The position numbers and the translations under genes are program-made. Shown one piece after another: positions 1 through 10,581 of a DNA stretch of 64,000 nt. This DNA comes from Opitutales bacterium (GTDB taxonomy: Bacteria; Verrucomicrobiota; Verrucomicrobiia; Opitutales; UBA2987). The stretch lies in NCBI GenBank assembly GCA_965226885.1, contig CBDDEL010000016.1, positions 192,001 through 256,000 of the forward strand. Reading direction: 5' to 3'. The notes below the pieces were generated by a model, which saw only the letters and a list, made by a program, of their open reading frames with translations, searched no databases and had not been told where the DNA came from. Position 1 is the stretch's first letter, and each line of letters starts with the position of its first letter.

Positions 1-1059
1 ATTGTCCATCGGGCGGAGTTGAGCCACCTGGCGGAAGAGGGTTGTTCCTGCGCCGAGTTGTCCAACAAAATCGATACGGGCGAGATCGACGGTTATTTGC
101 TCAAACCGATGAACTGCCCCATGCACATCAAGCTGTTTGCCTCCCAGCCGCATTCCTACCGCGACTTGCCGGTGCGCCTGGCCGAGTTCGGCACGGTCTA
201 TCGATGGGAGCAATCGGGCGAGTTGACCGGTATGACCCGTGTGCGCGGTTTCACCCAGGATGATGCCCACCTCTTTTGCACCGGCGAACAGGTCGAGGAC
301 GAAATCAAGGGCTGCCTCTATCTGGTAAAAGTAATTTTGGGCACTTTGGGCATGTCGGATTACCGGGTGCGGGTGGGTCTGCGCGATGCGGACTCCGACA
401 AATACACCGGCAATCCCGAAAACTGGGCCAAAGCCGAAAGCATATTGCTGGAAGTGGCCGAAAGCATGGGCGTGCCGTTCACCAGGGAAATCGGAGAAGC
501 CGCCTTTTACGGCCCCAAGATCGATTTCGTGGTGCGCGATGTGATTGGCCGCGAGTGGCAACTGGGAACCGTCCAGGTCGATTACAACCTGCCTGAACGT
601 TTCGGGCTGGAATATATCGGAGCGGACAACAAGCCGCATCGTCCGGTCCTTATCCACCGGGCTCCCTTTGGTTCCATGGAACGCTTCTGTGGTGTTCTCA
701 TCGAGCATTTCGCGGGCAATTTCCCCACCTGGCTGGCGCCCGAACAGGTCCGTTTGTTACCCATCACGGACCATCAAAACGAATTTGCCAAAAATATTTT
801 CGATAGCCTTTTCGAAAAAGGAATCAGGGCCACTCTGGATTCGCAATCGGACAAACTGGGGGCCAAAATTCGGCGAGCGGAAACGGACAAAGTCCCCTAC
901 ATGCTCATAATCGGAGCGAAAGAAGCCGAACAAGGCGCGGTCTCGGTGCGGTCCCGGGTCAACAAGGAAAATGAAGGCTCCCTCCCCGTGGAGGAATTTA
1001 TTGCCCGAATTAAAAAGGAAATCGACAACCGTGCTCTCCCCATTTCCGCCCCGTCCTGA
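1..1059 (+). CDS. thrS: Threonyl-tRNA synthetase, C-terminal part (runs off left edge)
   Basis: [50 protein letters not shown] motifs; frame open from position 1. Confidence 0.97.
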   Translation: MVHRAELSHLAEEGCSCAELSNKIDTGEIDGYLLKPMNCPMHIKLFASQPHSYRDLPVRLAEFGTVYRWEQSGELTGMTRVRGFTQDDAHLFCTGEQVEDEIKGCLYLVKVILGTLGMSDYRVRVGLRDADSDKYTGNPENWAKAESILLEVAESMGVPFTREIGEAAFYGPKIDFVVRDVIGREWQLGTVQVDYNLPERFGLEYIGADNKPHRPVLIHRAPFGSMERFCGVLIEHFAGNFPTWLAPEQVRLLPITDHQNEFAKNIFDSLFEKGIRATLDSQSDKLGAKIRRAETDKVPYMLIIGAKEAEQGAVSVRSRVNKENEGSLPVEEFIARIKKEIDNRALPISAPS

Positions 1060-1083
1060 AAACTACATCCAGCATCCAAAATC

Positions 1084-1434
1084 ATGCCTTACCTGCATAT
1101 CCGAACCAATCAAAGCCTGGATGCTTCTCAAAGTGAGAAAATTCTGCAAATGGCTTCCCAAATTTGCGCCGAAACCCTGGGCAAACCGGAAGAATTCATG
1201 ATGGTTTCCATGGAAGAATCCCGCCCCTTGATGATGGGTGGCGATTCCGCCGCTGCCGCCTTTCTCGACTTGCGCTCCATCGGATTTCCGGAAGGCTCAC
1301 AATCGGACTTGTCGGCCAAACTCTGCCAACTGATGGGCGAATCGATGAACTTGCCCGCCGACCGCGTTTACCTGAATTTTCAAAATATAGGACGCGAAGA
1401 CTGGGGTTGGAACGGAAAAACATTTGCTGGTTGA
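1084..1434 (+). CDS. MIF/phenylpyruvate tautomerase-like protein
   Basis: N-terminal Met-Pro, LGKPE, LRSIG and C-terminal WGWNGKTF typical of the MIF family; 116 aa. Confidence 0.85.
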   Translation: MPYLHIRTNQSLDASQSEKILQMASQICAETLGKPEEFMMVSMEESRPLMMGGDSAAAAFLDLRSIGFPEGSQSDLSAKLCQLMGESMNLPADRVYLNFQNIGREDWGWNGKTFAG

Positions 1435-1456
1435 GAAACCAACCGCCGCCGTTTTA

Positions 1457-2320
1457 TTAAAGTTTTTTAAGAAAATCGTCCTCCGACCACTTGGTGCCGT
1501 CTTTGCGATACGCGATCGTGCCCGTCTCGTCAATGAGGATGGTGGCCATGGTATGGTCGTAGGTATTGCTGTGGACGTCCTTCCTGGCCGCAACACCGAA
1601 CTGCAAAAGCAAATCTTTAACCACCCCGGGGTCGCCCGACAACAGCATGAAATTGCTTTCATCGATTCCGCGGTCGATCATGTATGTCTTGAGAATGCCG
1701 GGGCTGTCGTATGCGGGGTCGAAAGTTATGGAGATGAGTTGGAGGTTATTAACATTCTCCTCTCGCGCCCTCTGTTGCAGTCTTTGCATTCGCTGGATGG
1801 CGGCGGGGCACATCATGGGCATGGGGCAGCGTGTAAAAATAAAATTCAGGACCACTTTTTTTCCCCGTAGGGAACGGGACAGCACCACATTGCCGTCCTG
1901 ATTATAAAGGGCAAACTCGGGGATGGCCTCCCCAACGTGCCTAAATGGAGCAGGATCGCGTGAAAGTGTGTCTTCGTGCAACTGGCGGTTTACATTGTTG
2001 ACGACTCTTTCGGCAAACTCCCTGGCCGGCCATATCGTTTCGAGTCGAAGCGTTTCCCCCTCGCGAGCCACATTTCCCCGGATGCGGGTTCCGGGTTTAA
2101 GGATGAGGGCATCGCCTTTACCGATGGCAAACTCTGTCTCTCCGGCGGCCAGCACACCGGCCACCCCGTCATGTTTAAGAAGCAAAAGCCGCTTTTCGGC
2201 GGATACCGAAACGACTTCACCACCTAATTCCATGTTTTCGGCCGCGCTGGCAGTTACATGCCCATTGATTACGACGCTCAATGCCGCCATTTTTACAAGG
2301 AATCTGAAATAATTCATCAT
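1457..2320 (-). CDS. SCO1/SenC copper chaperone with N-terminal CusF-like domain
   Basis: FIFTRCPMPMMCP, ISITFDPAYD, YDH motifs; signal peptide; divergent from ctaA-ctaB. Confidence 0.85.
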   Translation of the reverse strand: MMNYFRFLVKMAALSVVINGHVTASAAENMELGGEVVSVSAEKRLLLLKHDGVAGVLAAGETEFAIGKGDALILKPGTRIRGNVAREGETLRLETIWPAREFAERVVNNVNRQLHEDTLSRDPAPFRHVGEAIPEFALYNQDGNVVLSRSLRGKKVVLNFIFTRCPMPMMCPAAIQRMQRLQQRAREENVNNLQLISITFDPAYDSPGILKTYMIDRGIDESNFMLLSGDPGVVKDLLLQFGVAARKDVHSNTYDHTMATILIDETGTIAYRKDGTKWSEDDFLKKL

Positions 2321-2398
2321 TTGTTTTCTATCTTGCTATGCCAATGCCGACAGGCATATTGGCTCGTCTTTGGTATTTAGCCAGCGATAAGAGATCAG

Positions 2399-3442
2399 AT
2401 GCCTATTTCCTGTCAACGAACTAATCACTACAAACCCGGCCTGGCCTGGTTCTGCGCGGTCCCGCTGGTAACGGCCATCGGGCTGCTCTACGCGGGCGGG
2501 TTCACCACCAGTATCGAAGCCGGCATGGCATTCCTCGATTGGCCGCTTTCCAATGGCACACTGAATCCTGAAGGTTGGCTGCAAGACCGGGAAATGCGGG
2601 CCGAACACAGCCACCGGTTGCTGGGCATGGCAGTGGGATTTTTAATAATAATATTGGTATGCTGGATCTGGCTGAAAGAGGAACGCGCCTGGCTCCGCTA
2701 CCTCACTTTAATCTGTCTCCTGGCCGTCATAGTGCAAGGCATCCTGGGTGGCATGCGAGTGCGTTTCGACGCACTCAACACGGGCGCGGAAAACAACCGG
2801 TTGGCCCAGGGATTTGTGCTCGTTCATGCCCTGGGAGCACCATTCGTGCTCTGTCTGCTGGTCAGCATTGCTCTGGCCCAGTCCAGAAACTGGATCGAGC
2901 GACAGGCCGGCCTGCAAACACCTACCGGAAGGCTGCTTCGCGGGCTGGGCCTGGGCGTCTGCCTGCTATTGCTCCTGCAAATACTGGCCGGGGCAGTAGT
3001 GAGGCATAGCGACGCCGGGCTGGCCCTGGTTTCTTTCCCCTACTCCACTCCCAATGGCGATTGGCTGCCCCCCTACTGGAATTGGGCCGTGGCGGTAAAT
3101 TATATTCATCGCATCGGGGCATTGCTGACGGTAATTTCCATTCTGGCGTTCGTTTCCCTGGTTTGGGTCGATAAAAACACCCGTCATGCTTTCGGGCAGC
3201 TTGCCCTTCTCCCCATTGTTCTTTTGGCAATACAGATTTTTCTCGGGGCTGTGGTGGTCTGGAGCCGCCTCAATGAACACGCCGCCACACTCCATACACT
3301 AGTGGGCGCTTTTCTGCTTGCGAGTTGCTGGATGCTTACTTTTTTATCATTCCGCTTGCCTTTGAGGGGTATACAATCCGAATCTCTCTCCGCGGCCAAT
3401 CAATCCAACCCCCTCCGCGGCCAATCAATCCAACCCCATTAG
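2399..3442 (+). CDS. ctaA: Heme A synthase (COX15/CtaA); C-terminus altered by a 25-bp duplication
   Basis: AGMA..DWP, EHSHR, IHR, LH motifs; multi-TM; adjacent to ctaB. Confidence 0.88.
   Translation: MPISCQRTNHYKPGLAWFCAVPLVTAIGLLYAGGFTTSIEAGMAFLDWPLSNGTLNPEGWLQDREMRAEHSHRLLGMAVGFLIIILVCWIWLKEERAWLRYLTLICLLAVIVQGILGGMRVRFDALNTGAENNRLAQGFVLVHALGAPFVLCLLVSIALAQSRNWIERQAGLQTPTGRLLRGLGLGVCLLLLLQILAGAVVRHSDAGLALVSFPYSTPNGDWLPPYWNWAVAVNYIHRIGALLTVISILAFVSLVWVDKNTRHAFGQLALLPIVLLAIQIFLGAVVVWSRLNEHAATLHTLVGAFLLASCWMLTFLSFRLPLRGIQSESLSAANQSNPLRGQSIQPH
3388..3437 (+). repeat. Exact 25-bp tandem duplication CTCCGCGGCCAATCAATCCAACCCC x2
   Basis: Read directly: 3388-3412 and 3413-3437. Confidence 0.95.
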
Positions 3443-3472
3443 AAAAGATACCGCACCCCTCTCGACGAATCC

Positions 3473-4414
3473 ATGAACCTGAAACCAGCCAGATTTCAAT
3501 ACGAATCGAAAACCGAGACCGGTCTCCTATTGGGGGAGTCCGTAAGGGAAAAATCCCGCTACCTGGATTATTGGGAATTGACCAAGCCCCGCCTCACCAT
3601 GCTCTCGGTCATCACCGCTATTGTCGGTTATCTGGCCGCTCTGCCGATTCGCGATTCCTCTGTGTTGACGATTCTCATCATCGGGACATCGCTGGCTGCA
3701 GGTGGAGCGGCAGCCCTCAACCAGTGGATGGAGCGTGCCGCCGACGCCAAAATGGTACGCACCCGCGGGCGGCCCATACCAACGGGTCAAGTCACTCCGG
3801 AGGCCGCCCTGGTCTTTGGATTGATCCTCTGCCTGTCCGGAGACCTGCTTCTTTATGCAGGGGTAAACTGGCTTGCCGCATTGCTGGCATTGGTTACTCA
3901 AATCGCTTACCTGCTGGCTTACACCCCGTTGAAAAAACTCACACCCTGGTGCACCGAAGTCGGTGCCATCCCCGGAGCCTTGCCGCCGCTAATCGGCTGG
4001 GCAGCGGCAGAATCAGGCATTTCGACATTGGGCTGGATTTTGTTTGCCATTTTGCTTTTCTGGCAGATTCCGCATTTTATGGCTCTGGCCTGGACTTTCC
4101 GCGACGATTACGCAAAAGCCGGTTTCCCCATGGGCTCGGTCGTCGATCCGACGGGCGGCAGAATTGCCCGCCAGGCATTTATTTTCACCCTCCTGCTTAC
4201 AGCCAGCAGCTTTTTACCCGCTTTTTTTGGGTTCACGACGATTTTTTACACCTCCCTGGCTGCCGTGCTTGGCCTTTGGTTTTTATTTACGGCCACGCGC
4301 TTTCTCCTCGCCATCGACCGTGAATTGGCCGCCAGAAAACTCTTTTGGGCCTCCATCGCCTACCTCCCCATTCTGCTGGGGGGCCTCGTCTTCGATCGTC
4401 TTTTGCTTATTTAA
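3473..4414 (+). CDS. ctaB: Protoheme IX farnesyltransferase (heme O synthase)
   Basis: LTKPR, NQWMER..D..M.RT..RPIP, GAIPGALPPLIGW, WQIPHF motifs. Confidence 0.95.
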   Translation: MNLKPARFQYESKTETGLLLGESVREKSRYLDYWELTKPRLTMLSVITAIVGYLAALPIRDSSVLTILIIGTSLAAGGAAALNQWMERAADAKMVRTRGRPIPTGQVTPEAALVFGLILCLSGDLLLYAGVNWLAALLALVTQIAYLLAYTPLKKLTPWCTEVGAIPGALPPLIGWAAAESGISTLGWILFAILLFWQIPHFMALAWTFRDDYAKAGFPMGSVVDPTGGRIARQAFIFTLLLTASSFLPAFFGFTTIFYTSLAAVLGLWFLFTATRFLLAIDRELAARKLFWASIAYLPILLGGLVFDRLLLI

Positions 4415-4496
4415 ATCATCACCCGGAAAACAAGGTTGAAAACCGGAGGATCGGACCCTAGAGTGGCCGATTTGATTTTCAGAACACCGAATCAAC

Positions 4497-4570
4497 TGCC
4501 CGATGGTGTAATGGTAGCACGGCGGATTCTGGTTCCGTCTGTCAAGGTTCGAGTCCTTGTCGGGCAGCCA
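4497..4570 (+). tRNA. tRNA-Gln (anticodon CTG)
   Basis: TGCCCGA/TCGGGCA acceptor stem, anticodon loop TT-CTG-GT, GGTTCGAGTCC T-arm, encoded CCA. Confidence 0.95.
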
Positions 4571-4691
4571 TGCCTTATACTTATCAATGTCAATGTCTTA
4601 TGAATTATTTTATATGATATTGCGTCTATTGTTTCTCTAGCCGTCCTTACTTTTCCTACTTTTTTACTTGCACTTGTGGCCCCTTTAGGTA

Positions 4692-6515
4692 GAGGCTGTC
4701 CCAAAAGGTTGATTTTTGCGAGGGCTTTTGATAGGCGCTCATTTTAGAGGTATTTGCATTTGGGAGAGTATCAACTTTGCTCTCCTATGACGTTAGGATA
4801 CTGGTTTTGGGGTCCGGTTGCCTGGTTTTCTTTGTATGAGCCGACAGTAAGGCTGTGAAAAAGTATTGTCCTTGCTTTTCCGCTCTCTAGGCCGCCGCTT
4901 TGGTTTTTAGTTCGTCTTGCTGGGCCAGCATCTTGGCTACTTTCCATAGGTTGTGCGAGAGTACCGACCAGGCTACGCTGATCGAGCGGTTGGCAAAGCC
5001 TTTGCTGCGCAACCGCCCGGCCTGCCAGCGATTCTTCAATACCCCGATCCCCGATCCGCCCTTCGGTGCTGGCCCGGCGCTTTTGCAATTGTCTGAACAG
5101 TGGTTCCTCCATCCGTTTTTTCAACTGCTACGGATCGCGTGGACAGAGCGCGTCGTAGATTCCCTCCTGGGCTAACTGCCGGCGGGCCCGCTGGGAGGCA
5201 AATCCCCGGTCCGCGCACATGGCCGCTATGGGTTCTTCCAGGTTGAAGCGGTTCTGTCTTTGCAAACTCTCTTGCATTTGTTCATTTTCGCTTGGAGTTC
5301 GGCTGCCGTAGAGTTTCCAGTCCAGCAGGTACCCTTCAACGCTTTCTCCCAAAAACAGGGTGTTGCCGAACTCGACCTCTTGGCCCGCTTTACCTCGCAC
5401 AATCACCTGCACATCGAGTTCGTAAACACTCAAGACTTTCTCTGCGTTTTTCACCTGGCGGCCGCCAATGATCCGCTCGTGCGCCTGTTTGATGACCACC
5501 GGGATTTGCTCGCTCATGCGCTCCATCCGGGCGAGGATCTGTTGGACCTGTTTTTCGCTGTAATCGCTTTGCTCCCAGCAGGCTTGCAATAATTCCCGGT
5601 GACTGCGGGCATGCTCCCCGATCCGTTTGAGCAGCTTTTTCATCTGCCTCAAGATACCCTTGCGCTGTCGCGCGCTGTCCTTTCGCCGCCGGCTGTGGGT
5701 CATCTGTATGCACAGCCGATTCATCTGCCGAGCCAAGGGCTCCGGTTCGATCGGCATGCGATGGCGCACACCGGCCTTCTCGCGGATCAGCCGGATCGCT
5801 TTGAGCAACGTGCCGGCTACATCCTTGAGTAATACCCAGTCCGTCGGCCAATGAATGTTAGCCTCCAAACAGGTGCCGTCGATCAGGCAAATGGTGGTGT
5901 CAATCGGCTTGTCCAATCCCACCTGCCGGGCCAGAAGGGCATCGCCCACCACCTCAGTCAAGGTCCGGTGCAAGGCCCTCAACTGCTCTTCGCTGAAAAA
6001 CTTCGAGGCCCGCTCCAGGGTGCTTTTGGAGATGCCCCTGATGCCATCGATCTGCCGGACACGGCAAAAGTCGGCCAACAGATCGCTGCTGCCCAGAGCC
6101 CGCGACAAATGCCGAAACGAAATCCCTCCGAGCAGATGGCCCAGCGTATCCATGCGCAGTGCCTTGATGGCAAAACTGGCCCGCTGCCGCCGGGCCTTTA
6201 GACCCATTGGCTGCCACCCCTCCAAGGCCAGCTCAATGGCCTGCGATTCCACCTCCGAGTCGATCAGCAGCCGATCGATTCGATCAATGGTGGCGCGGAA
6301 GTTATCGTAATCGAGGCACCGGTCGACCACAGTTAAAGCTGGACGCAGGAGGCATTGGATGGCTATATTTTTCATAGAAAGGGCTATATTGATTTTCGCT
6401 AACTCAATTATAGAACCCTTTTTTGGCCGGATCGAGCAAAAACTTGCTCTTTCCGGCTCTTTTTATCAACGTCATCCAGTTGACTATAAAATCTTTATAT
6501 TTTTGGGACAGCCTC
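4692..6515 (-). mobile_element. IS5-like element, copy 1 (complete ends, dead transposase)
   Basis: 15-bp IRs GAGGCTGTCCCAAAA (4692) / TTTTGGGACAGCCTC (6501-6515), flanked by TA on both sides. Confidence 0.88.
4887..6375 (-). pseudogene. IS5-like DDE transposase with AAG>TAG nonsense at 5128-5130 and 7-bp duplication at 5044-5057
   Basis: Near-identical to the intact 493-aa copy at 36640-38121; DGTCLEANIHWPTD, GKAG..VEFG, ADRGF motifs. Confidence 0.9.
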
Positions 6516-6562
6516 TAATTAGCGGTCAATAACTGTCAGACACAACATTCAAAAAAATTATT

Positions 6563-7660
6563 TTGAGCAGTATTTCAAAAGTCCTCGTTGTTGACGATCA
6601 ACCGGTTAACGTAAAGTTGCTGCAGCGCAAGCTGGAGCAAAACGGGATGTTGGTTTGGCCCGCCTTCAGCGGACGGCAATGCCTCGACCAGGTAAAAAAG
6701 GAGACTCCGGACATCCTTCTGTTGGATATCATGATGCCCGAAATGGATGGATTCGAGGTCTGCAAAATACTCAAGGCAGACGAGGCAACCAAGGCCATCC
6801 CCATCATTTTCATTACCGCCAAATCCTCCAAAGAGGGAAAATTGCAAGGACTGGAAGCTGGAGCCGTCGATTATATTACGAAACCGATTGATCTTGATGA
6901 AACAATTGCCCGGGTAAAAACCCAGCTCCGTTTTCAACAAATCAACAGGGAAAACATTGATCTGCAAAAGCGCCTGAGCGACTCCCGGCAAACGGCAGCT
7001 ATCGGGGCGATCACCCAAGGAATTTCCCACAACCTGAACAACCTGCTGGGAGTCGTGGTGGGATACCTGGACCTTCTCAAGGCAGCAAAAGAGGATCCGA
7101 AAATGACGGATCGCTGCATCAATTTGATGGACCAGTCCATACAAAGAATGGTCAATATTGTCCGGCAGTTGGGAACCATCGCCAATAATGAGAGATTTTC
7201 ATTACAACCCCTTTCCCTGCAGCGGCTTTTAGACAACAGTGTTCGCCGGTTCCAGTTGGAAAACAACCTCTCCAATTCCGTGGTTGTGAATAACAAGCTG
7301 GAAAACCTGCTGCTGCCAGCGAACGTGGAAGCCTTTGAAAGCATCCTTGGCAACCTCCTCATAAATGCCCTCGAAAGTTATCCCGAAGGAGAAAATAACC
7401 GGAAAATCACCATCGAAACGGAATTGGTGGAATCCGATACTAATCGGCAGATTCGGATCCGGGTTCTGGATGAAGGAACCGGTATCGACCCAAATGTTAA
7501 AGATCATATCTTCGAACCTTTTATCAGTGGGAAAACCTCCGTTGGACATGGAATGGGTCTGACCATTGCGCGTCACGGAATTCGCAATCTGGGTGGCGAA
7601 CTTCTGCTCAAGCCAAGAATCGATGGGGGTATTTGCGCGGAGTTATCCCATCCCATTTGA
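6563..7660 (+). CDS. Hybrid receiver + histidine kinase protein
   Basis: VVDD, LLDIMMP, YITKP receiver motifs; SHNLNN H-box; NLLINA, DEGTGI, GMGL ATPase motifs. Confidence 0.92.
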   Translation: MSSISKVLVVDDQPVNVKLLQRKLEQNGMLVWPAFSGRQCLDQVKKETPDILLLDIMMPEMDGFEVCKILKADEATKAIPIIFITAKSSKEGKLQGLEAGAVDYITKPIDLDETIARVKTQLRFQQINRENIDLQKRLSDSRQTAAIGAITQGISHNLNNLLGVVVGYLDLLKAAKEDPKMTDRCINLMDQSIQRMVNIVRQLGTIANNERFSLQPLSLQRLLDNSVRRFQLENNLSNSVVVNNKLENLLLPANVEAFESILGNLLINALESYPEGENNRKITIETELVESDTNRQIRIRVLDEGTGIDPNVKDHIFEPFISGKTSVGHGMGLTIARHGIRNLGGELLLKPRIDGGICAELSHPI

Positions 7661-7749
7661 AAAATCCTTATCCTTCTCTTCGGGATAATCCGTGCCCGGC
7701 CATAAATTCCGCCTCGACAGCGAGTTTCGAGCCCTCTTAACTCAAAAAG

Positions 7750-8556
7750 GTGAAGGTCAAAGTGTCATTTCTGGGCGCCGGGCGCATGGCCACTGCCATA
7801 GTTACAGGCATACTCCGCAAAAATCTTTATACAGCGGAGGAGTTGGGCTGCCTGGGCGCACCGGACGGTTCCGCCGAGGCTCTCTCCACCCAAACCGGAA
7901 TCCGCCACATCCCGAATCTCGAGGAATTATTATCCCAATGCGAAATAATTGTCCTCGCATTCAAACCGCAGCAATTGTCCGAAATGGGGCCGGTCCACGC
8001 CAAGCTCTGTGCGGGCAAACTGGTGATTTCCATCTTGGCAGGCTCCACCCTGGCAAGACTGCAGGGAAAGTTTCCCGAAGCCGCAAACATCATCCGCGCC
8101 ATGCCCAACACTCCCGGCCAGATCGGGGCGGGCATCACCTGCTATGCAGCGAAAAAAGAACTTGAGCCTGCCGACCGGGAAACAACGGAAAATATTCTCG
8201 CCTCCATGGGGCCGGTCATTCCCATTAAGGAAGAATACCTGGACGCCGTAACGGCCCTCAGCGGAAGCGGCCCGGCTTACGTTTTCGAATTCGTGGCGGC
8301 CTTGCGCGATGCCGGCATTGAGGCCGGCCTGGAGACGGCCGTGGCCGAGCAACTCTCCCTGGAAACGGTTCTTGGGGCGGCCCGCCTGCTGGCCCGCAGC
8401 GGGGAGAAACCGGAAACCCTTCGAGACTGGGTCAGCTCCCCCGGCGGAACCACCCTGGCCGGCCTGGAGGTATTGAGCAAAGGAAATTTCCGGCAACTCA
8501 TCGGAAACACCCTGCAAGCCGCCAAAAAAAGGTCTATCGAGCTCTCCCAAAGCTAA
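7750..8556 (+). CDS. proC: Pyrroline-5-carboxylate reductase
   Basis: GAGRMA, RAMPNTP, TALSGSGPAY, VSSPGGTT. Confidence 0.96.
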   Translation: MKVKVSFLGAGRMATAIVTGILRKNLYTAEELGCLGAPDGSAEALSTQTGIRHIPNLEELLSQCEIIVLAFKPQQLSEMGPVHAKLCAGKLVISILAGSTLARLQGKFPEAANIIRAMPNTPGQIGAGITCYAAKKELEPADRETTENILASMGPVIPIKEEYLDAVTALSGSGPAYVFEFVAALRDAGIEAGLETAVAEQLSLETVLGAARLLARSGEKPETLRDWVSSPGGTTLAGLEVLSKGNFRQLIGNTLQAAKKRSIELSQS

Positions 8557-8564
8557 GAAAAAAA

Positions 8565-8641
8565 TGGTGGGAGATACTGGACTCGAACCAGCGACTTCTT
8601 GCGTGTGAAGCAAGCGCTCTAACCAACTGAGCTAATCCCCC
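8565..8641 (-). tRNA. tRNA-Val (anticodon CAC)
   Basis: Reverse complement GGGGGATTAGCTCAGTTGGTTAGAGCG-CTTGC-TTCACAC-GCAAG...GGTTCGAGTCC...CCCACCA. Confidence 0.95.
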
Positions 8642-8915
8642 AAAAACCGATCACCGATGTGGGCCGGGTGTCTGGTAGAAGGTCTACTTTGCCATCCCGG
8701 GCGTCTTCGTCAATTCCTGAAAATCAGTATTTCTCCCGCCGTTGACAGATTTCTGAATTTTTCCAGCCTACAGAGGCATTTTTTTGGCTTGGTTCGGACA
8801 TGAAAATACCTGTGGATTGGCAAAGACATGCAGCCTTTTTTCTGGTATAAGATTGTTTTAAAAATTATTCACCGAATTTATTCAGCGAGAGGAAGTAGGT
8901 CGCTACCTTGATTTT

Positions 8916-9951
8916 ATGAAACGAGCATTAATAACCGGAATCACCGGCCAAGATGGTTCTTATCTGGCCGAATTGCTACTCAAGAAGGGTTACGAGGTGC
9001 ATGGAATTATTCGGCGCGCCTCTACTTTTAATACTTCACGCATCGATCATATTTATCAGGATCCCCATATTGACAGTAACCGTCTCTTTCTGCATTTCGG
9101 GGATCTTTCTGACGGAGGCCGCCTGGCCAAGCTTTTTTACGATGTCGAACCGGAGGAGATCTACAACCTGGGAGCGCAGAGCCATGTGCGTGTCTCTTTC
9201 GACATCCCGGAATATACGGGGGATGTCACCGGTTTGGGCACGGTTCGCATGTTGGAGGGGTTGAGGGAGGCCGGCCTGGAAAAGAAAGTTCGGTTCTACC
9301 AGGCATCTTCTTCCGAGATGTTTGGGAAAGTGCAGGAAGTGCCCCAGACCGAGAGAACGCCCTTCTATCCTCGTTCCCCTTATGGGTGCGCCAAAGTATT
9401 TTCCTACTGGTTAACTGTTAACTACCGTGAGGCCTACGATTTGCACGCCAGCAACGGCATTCTTTTCAACCACGAGTCTCCTCGCCGGGGGGAAACTTTT
9501 GTCACTCGTAAAATTACGCGTGCCGCAACCCGTATCAAGGTGGGTTTGCAGAAGAATCTTTTTCTCGGGAACATGGATGCCCGGCGCGATTGGGGTTACG
9601 CGCCTGATTTTGTGGAGGCGATGTGGCTCATGCTGCAGCAGGACCAGCCAGGAGACTATGTTATCGCCACCAGACTATGTTATCGCCACCAACGAGAACC
9701 ATAGCGTGCGGGATTTTTGCCAGGAAGCCTTCGGGCACCTCGATCTGGACTGGAAGGAATTTGTGAAAAGCGATTCACGCTACGAACGCCCGGCGGAGGT
9801 CGATCTCCTCGTCGGCGATCCGGCCAAGGCCCGGCAAAATTTGAATTGGGAACCACGAGTGACATTCAAAAAACTTGTGCAAATCATGGTCGAGGCGGAC
9901 CTGAAATTGGCTGAAAATGAATTGGCCTACCAACAGGCTTCATCAGGCTAA
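8916..9951 (+). pseudogene. gmd: GDP-mannose 4,6-dehydratase, frameshifted by a 19-bp tandem duplication
   Basis: [32 protein letters not shown]-terminus (DYVIAT...RPAEVDLL) continues in another frame after 9672. Confidence 0.93.
9653..9690 (+). repeat. Exact 19-bp tandem duplication AGACTATGTTATCGCCACC x2
   Basis: 9653-9671 and 9672-9690. Confidence 0.95.
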
Positions 9952-9995
9952 TTAGTATCCCCGCAGACAAAAATAGCCCTTCTTCGTCGAGAGAA

Positions 9996-10581
9996 ATGGA
10001 AAGCAGTAAACTCGAACTCAACGACTCCATTTTCGTGGCCGGCCACCGAGGAATGGTCGGGTCCGCCATTATGAGGAGTTTAGAGGAGAAAGGTTTTCAA
10101 AATATTCTCACCGCCAACCGTGACGAGCTGGATTTGCGCCAGATGGCGGTAGTGCGGTCCTATTTCGAGAACAGAAAACCGGACCATGTCATAGTGGCGG
10201 CCGCCAAGGTGGGCGGGATTCATGCCAACGCCACCTATCCGGCGGATTTCATCTACGACAACCTGGCCATCGCCCTCAATCTCATCCATTCGGCCCACCA
10301 ATCGGGAGTCTGCCGACTGCTTTTTCTGGGGAGCTCCTGCATCTACCCCCGCGAGGCGCCCCAACCCATGACGGAAGAGGCTCTCCTGACCGGTCCTCTG
10401 GAGGCGACCAACGAGGCTTATGCCCTGGCTAAAATCGCGGGCCTCAAGCTCTGCCAATTCTACCGGCGGCAGCATGGGGCGCTGTTTCACTCCGCCATGC
10501 CAACCAATCTCTATGGCCCGGGTGACAACTACCACCCGCAAAACAGCCATGTCATCCCCGCCCTCCTGCGGCGATTTCACG
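9996..10581 (+). pseudogene. fcl: GDP-L-fucose synthase, 3' third removed at an IS1 junction
   Basis: [37 protein letters not shown]; ends abruptly at the IS1 IR. Confidence 0.93.

Noticed and set aside
6478..6562. IS5 outward promoter driving the hybrid kinase
   Set aside because: TTGACT is present in the IS end but no convincing -10 box lies at 16-18 bp spacing
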